Shown here piece by piece: positions 20,744 to 29,984 of a DNA stretch of 64,000 nt (its first letter is position 1; every line of letters starts with the position of its first letter). Source of the DNA: an uncultured Candidatus Saccharibacteria bacterium (lineage in GTDB: Bacteria; Patescibacteriota; Saccharimonadia; Saccharimonadales; CAYUUR01); contig CAYUUR010000002.1 in NCBI GenBank assembly GCA_964448075.1, positions 645 through 64,644 on the forward strand, read 5' to 3'. Position numbers and translations under genes: made by a program. Below the pieces are notes generated by a model. It saw only the letters and a list, made by a program, of their open reading frames with translations, was not told the DNA's origin and did no database searches.

Positions 20744-21637
20744 TTACGCATTGTCTTGTAGTAAATTTTTAACACGTTCATTCGCTTGTTCAACAGTAGA
20801 AATCCACTGTATATCCGCATTACGCTTAAACCAGGTGCGTTGCCGTTTGGCGAGCTGTTTGTCGTTCTGGGCAAACTGCTTTTTGGCAGTTACTAGGTCA
20901 ATGTCGCCAGCAAAATACGGGCGGAACGCGCGATAACCTGGCGCCTGCAAACCAGGCGCATCCCAGCCATATTTTTGTGCCAAGGACTCAATTTCTTCCA
21001 GTAAACCTGTTGTAACCATGTCATCGATTCTTTTTTCAATCCGTTTTTCTAGTAGTTCTCTGTCGATTTTGAGCCCCAGCACCAAAGTACTACCTCTGAG
21101 GGTTTGGCGATCTGACTGCTGACCACCTGTTTCGAGTGCCCTAATCAGGTGACGGGGATTCTGCGGGTTATTTGGCAGCGGTATACCCTTTGCCGCTAAT
21201 GCTTGTTGTAATTCATCTACAGATAACTTTTCTAGTTTTTGTCTTTCTGCTGGATTAGCTGGTGCCCGAAAGGCAAAATCATACAGTACGGCATCGACAT
21301 ACAAGCCCGTCCCACCAACCATAATTGGCAGCTTGCCGCGTGCCAAAATGTCAGCAATTGCCGCCTCGGCCTGAGCCTTAAAGTCGGCTGCGCTGAAACG
21401 CTGGTCAGGCGTTATAACGTCCAAAATGTGGTGCGGTATCAATGATCGGTCGGCAGCCGAAGGCTTGGCTGTGCCGATATCCATGCCTGTATACACGGTA
21501 CGCGAATCAGCACAGATAATCTCGCCGTTGAACTCGTGGGCTAGCTCTATAGCCATGGCCGACTTGCCGCTGGCGGTCTCGCCCACTACGACCACAAGGG
21601 GTCGTAGGGCTGAGGAAATGGCTACTTGGGATGCCAT
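20744..21637 (-). CDS. miaA: tRNA dimethylallyltransferase
   Basis: GETASGKS, ADSRTVYTGMDIGTAKP, VGGTGLY, AKRQRTWF. Confidence 0.96.
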   Translation of the reverse strand: MASQVAISSALRPLVVVVGETASGKSAMAIELAHEFNGEIICADSRTVYTGMDIGTAKPSAADRSLIPHHILDVITPDQRFSAADFKAQAEAAIADILARGKLPIMVGGTGLYVDAVLYDFAFRAPANPAERQKLEKLSVDELQQALAAKGIPLPNNPQNPRHLIRALETGGQQSDRQTLRGSTLVLGLKIDRELLEKRIEKRIDDMVTTGLLEEIESLAQKYGWDAPGLQAPGYRAFRPYFAGDIDLVTAKKQFAQNDKQLAKRQRTWFKRNADIQWISTVEQANERVKNLLQDNA

Positions 21638-21933
21638 TGAAGTTGCCTTATGTTTATACGATATTGCTCATCTACAGCGACGCCTTCTTGGCGCAATACT
21701 TGCGCGTGGCCTTCGGTGCCACCGGGGAAGCCTTCGGCCAATGAGCCGTCCTTCTTGACGACGCGTTGCCAGGGCAAGCTCTGGTCTCCCCAGTGCGCCA
21801 CGCCCCCAACAACACGCGCCGATCGTGGGCTACCACACAGCGCTGCAATCTGGCCATAGGTCATAACTCGACCCTTAGGGATTTGCGACACGATCGCATA
21901 TACCCTATCCCGAAAGGTATTGTCAGGCTTCAT
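21622..21933 (-). CDS. Alkyltransferase-like (ATL/YbaZ) O6-alkylguanine-binding protein
   Basis: IPKGRVMTYGQIA, ARVVG, PWQRVV (Trp replaces the catalytic Cys of PCHRV). Confidence 0.85.
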   Translation of the reverse strand: MKPDNTFRDRVYAIVSQIPKGRVMTYGQIAALCGSPRSARVVGGVAHWGDQSLPWQRVVKKDGSLAEGFPGGTEGHAQVLRQEGVAVDEQYRINIRQLQWHPK

Positions 21934-23803
21934 GCTTGGTTTTTACCCCTTGGAGTGAGGTATGGCTGGTGCGAGCTTTGGTCTCGTTGGCCACTGTACC
22001 GAGGAACTCATCGATCGTGACTGGTGTTTGCTGGGTCTGGACTTCGATGTCTTTACGCACACGCGGCACGACTTCGCCACTGGCAACTTCTTTTTCACCT
22101 ATCACCAATGCGTATGGCACTTTCATCATCTCAGCAGCACGGATTTTCTTGCCAACCGACTCATTACTGTTATCGATGGTCGCGCGCAAGCCCTTAGCCT
22201 TGGCTTTCTCTAAGAATTCTTCAGCACATTTTACGGTTGGTTCTTCTTGGTTCACTGTAATGAGTCTGACTTGTTCTGGCGCTAACCACACCGGGAACTT
22301 CCCAGCAGTATGCTCAATGTACACTGAGAAGAAGCGGTCAAAACTGCCCATGATTGCACAGTGAATCATGATTGGCCGCTGTTTTTCGCCCTTTTCATCA
22401 ATGTAGACTAGCTCGAAGCGCTCTGGTTGAACAAAGTCAAACTGCACCGTTGCCACCTGCCAAACGCGACCAATGGCGTCTTTGGCCATGAAATCGAGCT
22501 TTGGACCATAGAATGCGGCCTCACCTTCTTCGGCGTAATATTCGAGCTTGTTGCGACCGGCTATCTCAGCAAGTTTCTTCTGACCAAAATCCCAAAGCTT
22601 TTGCGGCCCAAGGTATGACTCACTGTCATCTCTCAGGGATAATCGCAAATGAAGCTCCATATCAATCGCCGCATAGAACTCTTGAATCTTCTCTATCAGC
22701 TGGTCAAAAATCTCATCCACCTGATCTGGGCGGCAATACGTATGACTATCATCTTGAGTCAAAGACCGCACCCGTGAAAGGCCATGCAGTTCACCGGTTT
22801 TTTCATCTCGGTAGTTTGTAGTTGTCTCCATTAACTTCACCGGTAGATCACGGTAACTACGTGGTTTCGCAGCATAAATCTGGGCATGATGCGGGCAGTT
22901 CATCGGCTTCATTACAAGCTCATCGGTAGTTTCCTGGCTTTTTACTAGAAACAGCTCATCGCCAAACTTATCCCAGTGCCCTGACTTCTCATACAAATCT
23001 TTCTTTGTAATATGTGGTGACCAGACACGCTCAAAACCGAGCTGTTCGCGGACCTCTTCAGAGAAGTTAATCAAGCCATTCCGTATGTAGGTACCTCGCG
23101 GAGTATAGAGAGGTAGCCCGCTGCCGACTAAATCAGAGAAGATAAACAGGTCAAGTTCTTGACCGAGTTTGCGGTGATCGCGCTTCTTGGCTTCCTCAAG
23201 CATGTTGAGGTACTGACGGAGTTCTTTATCGGTCGCAAAAGCGACGCCGTAAAGGCGCTGCATCTGGGGATTACCTTCTTTGCCACGCCAGTAGGCGCCG
23301 GCGACACGCATCAGCTTGAAGGCTCCGACTTTTCCGGTTGATTCTACGTGCGGTCCACGGCAGAGATCTATGAAGTCACCATTTTGATAGAACGAAACCG
23401 CGTCCATTTTACTGTCGCCTTCGGTGATTGTGCCCAGCTCATCAGCGTCAAGATCTTTGGCAACAGTGGTACCGGCGCGCTTGAGGTCATTCAGTAGCTC
23501 TGATTTATACGGCTGATTGACGTCCTTTGCCCATTTGATCGCTTCGTCTATATCCATCATCGACTTCTTGAAACTCTGATCAGCCTTGATGACATTATGC
23601 ATTTCCTTTTCTATCTTCGGAAAATCCTCTTCAGAAATCTTGGTCTCACCAAGGTCAATATCATAATAAAAGCCGTTTTCTACGACTGGACCAACGCCAA
23701 GCTTAGCCTCTGGCCACAAGGTGGTCACAGCGGTCGCCATAATATGCGCGAGCGAATGTCGCATCGCATGTAGTTGATCTTCTTTGGACTGTTTGTCAGC
23801 CAT
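21923..23803 (-). CDS. thrS: Threonine--tRNA ligase (no N-terminal TGS domain)
   Basis: RHSLAHIMA, DLCRGPH, RDHRKLG, KPMNCPHH, GLSRVR, AFYGPKLD. Confidence 0.97.
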   Translation of the reverse strand: MADKQSKEDQLHAMRHSLAHIMATAVTTLWPEAKLGVGPVVENGFYYDIDLGETKISEEDFPKIEKEMHNVIKADQSFKKSMMDIDEAIKWAKDVNQPYKSELLNDLKRAGTTVAKDLDADELGTITEGDSKMDAVSFYQNGDFIDLCRGPHVESTGKVGAFKLMRVAGAYWRGKEGNPQMQRLYGVAFATDKELRQYLNMLEEAKKRDHRKLGQELDLFIFSDLVGSGLPLYTPRGTYIRNGLINFSEEVREQLGFERVWSPHITKKDLYEKSGHWDKFGDELFLVKSQETTDELVMKPMNCPHHAQIYAAKPRSYRDLPVKLMETTTNYRDEKTGELHGLSRVRSLTQDDSHTYCRPDQVDEIFDQLIEKIQEFYAAIDMELHLRLSLRDDSESYLGPQKLWDFGQKKLAEIAGRNKLEYYAEEGEAAFYGPKLDFMAKDAIGRVWQVATVQFDFVQPERFELVYIDEKGEKQRPIMIHCAIMGSFDRFFSVYIEHTAGKFPVWLAPEQVRLITVNQEEPTVKCAEEFLEKAKAKGLRATIDNSNESVGKKIRAAEMMKVPYALVIGEKEVASGEVVPRVRKDIEVQTQQTPVTIDEFLGTVANETKARTSHTSLQGVKTKHEA

Positions 23804-23837
23804 GCTGCTCTCCTTATGGTTTTGTAAGTTTTTAGAA

Positions 23838-24000
23838 ATAAAAAGCGCGCTGATTGTACGACATGTACTACCAAGCGCGTCTCGGGTCCAGAATAGCTTC
23901 TAGACGGTTCCACCGGACTTTTACTTATGATGCTCGTGTTATCGCACACCGCAACCGATAAAGCGAAGCTCCGTGGATGGTGAGGCCACATCAATGCTCG
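23838..24000 (-). promoter_or_regulatory. T-box riboswitch (Thr) upstream of thrS
   Basis: Antiterminator CGG-TGGAACC-GTCTAGAA(gcta)TTCTGGAC-CCG, then a terminator with T-run. Short stem GTGG/CCAC has an ACC specifier in its loop. Confidence 0.8.
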
Positions 24001-24266
24001 GTTTCTACTATATCATACCCCTGTTTAGTCATGCAATTATCCCTCAAAATAAAACAAGCGCCGTTCAAAGATTCTCGCAATTATCTTCGAAAGCGCTTGC
24101 ATAAAGCACCGATCAAAACCCTCACACATCAATGAGTATACAGTACTGGTATGATAAGGCTAGTACTTTAATATTGTCTTTTTCACATTCTTCCTGGGGA
24201 TAGAATAAATACCATTTACGATATAAAGAATGTCGGTAGTTTACGATTCGTACCTATGATAGAATC

Positions 24267-24965
24267 ATGTACATGAAGTCTAGGTGGTACGAATCTAAGG
24301 ACGAAGCAGTCGCTATGCGCAAGAACGGCGTCTCGATGACGCAAATCGAACGCAAGCTTGGTATACCCAGATCTACACTGTCAGGCTGGTTTAAGAATAT
24401 TCAACTAACCGAAGAGCAGCGGACTCGGCTGATGCAGAACAGCCGTGACGGGTGGCAAAAAGCACGCCAGCGGGCTGTCGAAGCGCACAATACAAAAAAG
24501 AGCTTACGGCTGATGAACGCCGAAAACGAAGCTTTAGCAGTATTGGACAAAATTGATATGTCACCCGAGGTACTCGACCTTGCGTTCGCGATGCTTTACT
24601 TCGGTGAAGGCGCTAAGAAAAACTTAACTGCAATCGGCAGCTCTGACCCAGTTATGCTACGGTTTGCTCTACTTGTTCTCAAGAAGAACTACGGATTATC
24701 TACTGATGTCATGCGCTTTGATCTCCATCTTCGAGCCGATCAAGATGCTGCAACTTCAAAACAATACTGGGCACAAGAGCTAAATGTGCCGATAGAAAAG
24801 TTTAACTACGTAGCATTTGACAAAAGAACTATCGGTAAACCGACAAGGGATGGTTACAAAGGCGTGTGTTTGATCGCATGCGGGAACATCGCTATTCAAA
24901 GAAAGCTGATTTATCTGTATAATCACTTCTGTGAAAAAGTCGCAAGGCTTGATGAGGGCACGTAG
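24267..24965 (+). CDS. HTH + LAGLIDADG-like endonuclease-family protein overlapping tRNA-Val
   Basis: N-terminal HTH (GVSMTQIERKLGIPRSTLSGW), FAMLYFGEGAK LAGLIDADG-like helix, SSDP, YWAQEL, YKGVC. Stop codon lies inside the tRNA. Confidence 0.7.
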   Translation: MYMKSRWYESKDEAVAMRKNGVSMTQIERKLGIPRSTLSGWFKNIQLTEEQRTRLMQNSRDGWQKARQRAVEAHNTKKSLRLMNAENEALAVLDKIDMSPEVLDLAFAMLYFGEGAKKNLTAIGSSDPVMLRFALLVLKKNYGLSTDVMRFDLHLRADQDAATSKQYWAQELNVPIEKFNYVAFDKRTIGKPTRDGYKGVCLIACGNIAIQRKLIYLYNHFCEKVARLDEGT

Positions 24966-25032
24966 CTCAGTTGGCTAGAGCGCTTCCTTGACGTGGAAGA
25001 GGTCGGGGATTCGAGTTCCTCCGTGCCCACCA
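24956..25032 (+). tRNA. tRNA-Val(GAC)
   Basis: GGGCACG/CGTGCCC acceptor, CTTCC-TTGACGT-GGAAG anticodon arm, CCA. Confidence 0.94.
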
Positions 25033-25094
25033 TTATTTTAAAGTCGGTCCTGTACCGGCTTTTTGTTATAGTAAGAGTACTTGAAGGAGTAATT

Positions 25095-25298
25095 ATGGAT
25101 TCACAGATAGAACGATTATTGAACGAGATACAGCAACTGATTGCACATATGGAGCGTGAAACGAGAGAAACTGAGGATTACACTCGCAAGAACGACTATA
25201 GTAATGCGCTGCGTAACGCCAACGAATCACGCGATGAGATGCAAAACCTTACCCAGAGGTACCAGCAGCTGATTCAACTCCTTAACAACCGTCGCTAG
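25095..25298 (+). CDS. Small coiled-coil hypothetical protein (67 aa)
   Basis: SD AAGGAG then ATG 25095 (MDSQIERLLNEIQQL...). The ORF-track extension overlaps the tRNA. Confidence 0.65.
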   Translation: MDSQIERLLNEIQQLIAHMERETRETEDYTRKNDYSNALRNANESRDEMQNLTQRYQQLIQLLNNRR

Positions 25299-25749
25299 AC
25301 GGCACTTCCACTCGTTTGAGAATAACCGCACCCGGATAATCCCTAGTAATGTTTTGTTGCGGCTTCTCTTTTACAATCAAACCAGCTACCCCAGTATCCA
25401 AAACCGCTCCACAGAACGCATCCGGCAGTTCTGGCTCAGAGTACAGTGGGTGCAATGATGTATCTACCAGCAGTTCAACATCAAGCTGGGCGGCAACAAG
25501 CTCAGCAATCACACGTGGGCTATCATGAAACACGCGTGCGTAACTTCCCGGATACCGCTGACCGATCTGCCGCAGTGAACGCAGCATTGTGGGCGGAATA
25601 TCATAAATGCCAACATCGCACATATTTGTCTCTGCTTCGTCAATAGTGACGGTGCCTGCCATCAACTCATCGAAACCAAAAACACGCAGCTCGGGCCACG
25701 CCGCAAAGGCTCCTGTTACTAGATCATACTTCTCATATTGACTCGCCAT
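25282..25749 (-). CDS. Hypothetical protein
   Basis: 155-aa ORF with SD AAGGGG; no recognisable motif. Confidence 0.6.
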   Translation of the reverse strand: MASQYEKYDLVTGAFAAWPELRVFGFDELMAGTVTIDEAETNMCDVGIYDIPPTMLRSLRQIGQRYPGSYARVFHDSPRVIAELVAAQLDVELLVDTSLHPLYSEPELPDAFCGAVLDTGVAGLIVKEKPQQNITRDYPGAVILKRVEVPSSDGC

Positions 25750-25817
25750 ACTACCCCTTACTCACCCAGACATCTTGACATGGTTGAAGTATAGCATTCA
25801 CTTCACTATCTCACGTT

Positions 25818-26594
25818 CTAGGGCTTGTCTGCCTTAATCCATAAACCTTCAAAGAGTATCTTTAGCAAGTCATAGTACTCCGACGATTCTACTAGCAGAC
25901 CTTCTTGTTGGTCATAAGAACTAATCATGGCAATTGAGTCATCAAACAGAATCATCATCGACTTAAACCTACCGATGTATTCTTGCGGCAAATAGCGTGG
26001 TTTTCGGCTGATAATGTCATGTAGATTGAGCTCACCACGCCCGAGTTTTTGTTCCCACAAGCTACGACTGACAATTCCCTGCATCTCTCTGGTCTTTTTG
26101 AAGTACTGAATATACGCGGCCTCACTACTGGCGATAAAGTTATCCTTTGGTGCAATGATATCCCAACGCTTAGTCCGACAATACAACGCCATGTCGATAA
26201 GCCGTCTCACCTCTGCTTCGCCACGATATTGATGCACCGAAAGCTTCGCGTCCGTCTGAACAGATTGCTTTGGAAACAGCGGCAAAAACGCTGCAAGCTG
26301 GCGTTCTTGTTCCGACAAGTCACCGATCTTAGCGTGTAAGTAGCCCGTAATGTCAGTTGGTGGCCGCATAACATAGACGAGTTCGCGGCCAGTTTTTGTC
26401 TCATTTGCTAAACCCTTAACTACGAGTGCATTAAGGGCGTGATACGCGGTTGGACGCTTAATACCCGTAAGAGAAACGAGCTCATTAACCCCTGTTTCTC
26501 CTGCCTTTAAACCGGCAAGATACAGGGTAACTTCACTTGGACTTAAGCCAATTTGCTGCAGGTATGCTTCGATACTATTCATATTATGAATCAA
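25818..26594 (-). CDS. TrmB-family transcriptional regulator
   Basis: GLSPSEVTLYLAGL...GIKRPTAYHALNALVVKGL HTH, with C-terminal 'ILFDDSIAMIS...FEGLW'. Confidence 0.85.
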   Translation of the reverse strand: MIHNMNSIEAYLQQIGLSPSEVTLYLAGLKAGETGVNELVSLTGIKRPTAYHALNALVVKGLANETKTGRELVYVMRPPTDITGYLHAKIGDLSEQERQLAAFLPLFPKQSVQTDAKLSVHQYRGEAEVRRLIDMALYCRTKRWDIIAPKDNFIASSEAAYIQYFKKTREMQGIVSRSLWEQKLGRGELNLHDIISRKPRYLPQEYIGRFKSMMILFDDSIAMISSYDQQEGLLVESSEYYDLLKILFEGLWIKADKP

Positions 26595-26721
26595 TATTAT
26601 AATAGATTCTCATCAAATAACACCTTAAATTTTACAAATTACAACTTTGTCTTATATTCTCACCTATTCTAGATTGTAGAAGTATTTCATGCTGTAGCCA
26701 CTAAATAAGGAGAGCAAGACC

Positions 26722-27420
26722 ATGGAATACCCAGGCAACACAACACAAGTAGAGCAGCGCGATATCGTGATAACTGCTGGCGGTACACGAGAGCAGATTG
26801 ACGACGTGCGATTCGTTAGCAACTTTTCTGGTGGCGCACTCGGCCACGCGCTTGCAGAAGAATGTGCGTCTTATGACAGAAACGTACTACTACTGGCACC
26901 CCGGGCTGTTACTGATAGATACGGCGAAATTGAAGGCGTGGAGCACCGCACGTTTTCAAGCTGTGCGGATTTAGACGAGAAACTCAAATCGATCAAGTCA
27001 GCCCGCGTCGTCATGCAGGCAGCGGCTGTCGCGGACTACTCACCTGTCGTCAGTGAAGGCAAAATAAGCTCAAACGAGGACGAGCTTGTCATTAGGATGC
27101 GGCGTAACCCAAAAATTTTGGCGAGTCTCCGTGAGCATTTTGGCAAACATACCTATATAGTCGGCTTCAAACTTCTGAGTGGGGTCAGTTCTGGTGAGCT
27201 GCTGGAAACAGCACGAACCCAAATTGCCGCTAACCGCACTGACATGTGCGTCGCAAACGACCTGAAAAGCATTCACCCTCGTACGCGCACCGTCTATGCT
27301 GTGCCAAGAGGTCAATACCCATCTATGCGCATAAATGGAACCACACGCGACGTTGCGCGACACCTAACATCGCATGTGCTACTGATGAGCGCCGCGCGTG
27401 AAGGAGTGAACCATGGCTAA
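26722..27420 (+). CDS. CoaB-like (phosphopantothenoylcysteine synthetase/DFP-domain) ligase, stand-alone
   Basis: ITAGGTREQIDDVRFVSNFSGGALG, AAAVADY, GKISS, NPKIL, VGFKL, VANDL. Confidence 0.82.
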   Translation: MEYPGNTTQVEQRDIVITAGGTREQIDDVRFVSNFSGGALGHALAEECASYDRNVLLLAPRAVTDRYGEIEGVEHRTFSSCADLDEKLKSIKSARVVMQAAAVADYSPVVSEGKISSNEDELVIRMRRNPKILASLREHFGKHTYIVGFKLLSGVSSGELLETARTQIAANRTDMCVANDLKSIHPRTRTVYAVPRGQYPSMRINGTTRDVARHLTSHVLLMSAAREGVNHG

Positions 27421-28192
27421 CTTTGGTATGTACATCGAGGGGAAACGTGGAAATATCGGCAGAGATCTGGCGGAGCTAGCCACAGAATCAGGTGTCGAAC
27501 TATGTCAGAATCCGCAAGATGCTGAATTTGTGGCACTCTGCGTTCCCGCTCACGCCGCACAGGACATCCTTGACGCCAAAACGCATAGAGACCGCGTCGT
27601 CATCGACTTTTCTGGCGCGGCAAAACGCAGTCGTATAGGCCAATACGGGCTTATGCTACGTGGGTCTGAACCCTGGGACTCTAACCTGAACCGTCATGCA
27701 CGCGTATTTGGCAACCCAGGTTGTATTGCATCGGCTGTTATTAAGGGGCTCCATGTCAGTGGAATCAAAGACCAGAACCCCCGTGAAATCAGTGTCTTTG
27801 CAGTTGGTGGCAGCTCCTACGCTCATGAAATCAGCCCATCTGAAATCAGGCTGGCTAAGCGACTGATCGAGCATCCGCATGTCACCGAGATTGAGACGGC
27901 GCTCGGTGGCATTACAAGGGTGAGGAGTTTCATGCCAGCTGTCTCCGGCGGCGTCGAAAGAGGCTTGCTGGTAGGCGTGACGGGAAAGGTCGAAAGTATA
28001 GTTGGAGCAAACAAGGGAGTTGCCGAGCTTGGCGTACAAGACGTCTCAGAGACAGCAGTGCTAAAGCACCGACTCGAAACACGAGAGGCCGCAGGTGGGT
28101 ACGAATTCTCACTGGGAGTAGTCATCGATAACTTACGCTTTGTCACCCAGAACGCTGTGGACTTAATGCGTTACGTTACGGAGAAAGCTTAA
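27413..28192 (+). CDS. Divergent, shortened ArgC/ASADH-like NAD(P)-dependent reductase
   Basis: GxRGxIG Rossmann loop, VIDFSG, NPGC (catalytic Cys), HPHVTEI, RGLL, IDNL. Confidence 0.7.
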   Translation: MANFGMYIEGKRGNIGRDLAELATESGVELCQNPQDAEFVALCVPAHAAQDILDAKTHRDRVVIDFSGAAKRSRIGQYGLMLRGSEPWDSNLNRHARVFGNPGCIASAVIKGLHVSGIKDQNPREISVFAVGGSSYAHEISPSEIRLAKRLIEHPHVTEIETALGGITRVRSFMPAVSGGVERGLLVGVTGKVESIVGANKGVAELGVQDVSETAVLKHRLETREAAGGYEFSLGVVIDNLRFVTQNAVDLMRYVTEKA

Positions 28193-29271
28193 GCCCGATA
28201 TTCTTCGCAGATGCGTTGCAAATACCGGATGTTGTGAATGCTGGCCAAAGTGCCGGCAAGAGGTTCGGCCACTTTGAACTGGTGACGCAAGAAGCCTTTG
28301 GAGAATCCTTTAACGCAGGCATAGCAGTCACATCTCGGGTCAATAACTTCGGTGCTTTTGGCAAAACGTTCGTTCGTTAGGTGGACGCGCTTGTCCCCTT
28401 CAATCCATACCGTTCCGTGGCGGGCGTTACGCGTTGGTAGAACACAATCGAGCATGTCGATGCCGTGCTCTATTGCAAACCGCAAGTCACGGGGGTCGCC
28501 TACACCCAGCAAGAAGCGTGGACGCGGCGAGTCATCGTAATGATCGGCCAAAAACTTAAGCATACCGTGCATTTCTTCTGTGCTCTCGCCTACTGATAGG
28601 CCACCAATAGCGATACCGTCTACTGGTAAGGATTGTACAATCTCTAGGCTGCGGCGGCGCAGCTCTTTGTCGAGGCCACCCTGGACCACGCCAAACAACA
28701 GTGGCCGCTCACTATCTTTCATGCCTTTGGTGAGACGCTGAAACTCGGCCAAAGAACGCTCCAGCCAACGATGTGTGCGCTTAAAAGCCTCAAGCGTGCG
28801 GTCGCGCCCTTTTGCATCAAGCGCAGTCACATCATCGAAAGCTACAATCATATCGGCACCCAGTTTCATCTGTATCTGAATGGAAATTTCCGGACTCAGG
28901 AACACTGTATCGCCCGTCTTGGGGTCTTTAAAAGTCACGCCGTCTTCGGTAATCTTGTTGATCTTTGCTAGTGAAAACACCTGAAAGCCACCGGAGTCAG
29001 TCAGCATAGGACCTTTGCGGTTAGTAAAGGCGTGTAGTCCGCCAAGTTCAGCAATAGTATCCTCGCCCGGGGCCAGGTGTAGATGGTATGTATTCGCCAA
29101 TACCACCCCAACCCCAGTAGATTCGACCATCTCCGGCGTCAGGCTCTTCACCGCACCCCTGGTACCGTCCGGCATAAAAGTCGGCGTCGGCACATCACCA
29201 GCACGAGTATGCAAAACACCAACTCGCTGAAAGCCGTTTGTATTTTTTACGTTAAAAACAGAGGTGGACAT
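28189..29271 (-). CDS. tgt: tRNA-guanine transglycosylase
   Basis: TPTFMPDGT, LANTYHL, LTDSGGFQVFSL, GVVQGG, GGLSVGE, DCVLPTRNARHG, CDCYAC. Confidence 0.96.
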   Translation of the reverse strand: MSTSVFNVKNTNGFQRVGVLHTRAGDVPTPTFMPDGTRGAVKSLTPEMVESTGVGVVLANTYHLHLAPGEDTIAELGGLHAFTNRKGPMLTDSGGFQVFSLAKINKITEDGVTFKDPKTGDTVFLSPEISIQIQMKLGADMIVAFDDVTALDAKGRDRTLEAFKRTHRWLERSLAEFQRLTKGMKDSERPLLFGVVQGGLDKELRRRSLEIVQSLPVDGIAIGGLSVGESTEEMHGMLKFLADHYDDSPRPRFLLGVGDPRDLRFAIEHGIDMLDCVLPTRNARHGTVWIEGDKRVHLTNERFAKSTEVIDPRCDCYACVKGFSKGFLRHQFKVAEPLAGTLASIHNIRYLQRICEEYRA

Positions 29272-29341
29272 TCCGCTTATTCTAGCACAACCATTGACAT
29301 TATTCTACTGTTATGTTAAGGTTAAGCACGTTAATCGAGGA

Positions 29342-29464
29342 ATGTGTGTGAGTAACAATTCGAGTTCGCTCGAGTCGTTCAAACTGTTTTACGAAGAGTT
29401 AACAGTTCGAACCACGCAAAATCGTGTACGTCGCAATAGACAATCAAGTGTAGCTACCAAGTAG
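29342..29464 (+). CDS. Candidate 40-aa small protein
   Basis: TTGACA-17-TAAGGT promoter (29295-29323), SD GAGGA, downstream terminator AACCAGCT/AGCTGGTTTTTT. Confidence 0.45.
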   Translation: MCVSNNSSSLESFKLFYEELTVRTTQNRVRRNRQSSVATK

Positions 29465-29568
29465 CTACCACCGATACAACCAGCTGGTGGGAGCTGGTTT
29501 TTTGTTTCCCACAGATTTGCCCAAGTTTTCCACTTGCAAAAGCACTAGCGTAATGTCAACATATAGAC

Positions 29569-29979
29569 ATGGTTTGTCTATATTGCTCTGGAAAAACAAA
29601 GATCACTAACTCACGGCACCAAAAACGCCTCAATCAGAAGTGGCGACGCCACACCTGTACTGACTGCCAAGCGGTCTTTACGACTATCGAGTCATTCGAC
29701 CCTGAAACGTCATTAATAGTACAGCACGGTAAAAAACAACTGCCATTTCAGCGAGAACTACTGTTTGTAAGTATCTATGAGAGCCTCAGACACCGCCCCC
29801 AGGCAGCCAAGGAAGCAAAGGCACTCACTGACACCATTCTGGCCCAATTGTTGCCCCTAGCGACCTCTGCAACGCTTACGCGCCAAAATATCGTGGCCAC
29901 CACTGCTAAAACCCTAAAGAACTTTGATAAAGCCGCCCACACCCACTACCTCGCCTTTCATCCTGTTACGAAAAATTAG
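29569..29979 (+). CDS. nrdR: NrdR-type repressor (Zn ribbon + ATP-cone-like)
   Basis: CLYC...TKITNSR...WRRHTCTDCQAVFTTIE, PFQRELL, YLAFH. Confidence 0.85.
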   Translation: MVCLYCSGKTKITNSRHQKRLNQKWRRHTCTDCQAVFTTIESFDPETSLIVQHGKKQLPFQRELLFVSIYESLRHRPQAAKEAKALTDTILAQLLPLATSATLTRQNIVATTAKTLKNFDKAAHTHYLAFHPVTKN

Positions 29980-29984
29980 ACACA

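Noticed and set aside
29553-29570. NrdR box at the nrdR start (CTATATGTTG on the minus strand)
   Set aside because: The core matches but the flanks do not, and there is no tandem second box, so it is too weak to call.
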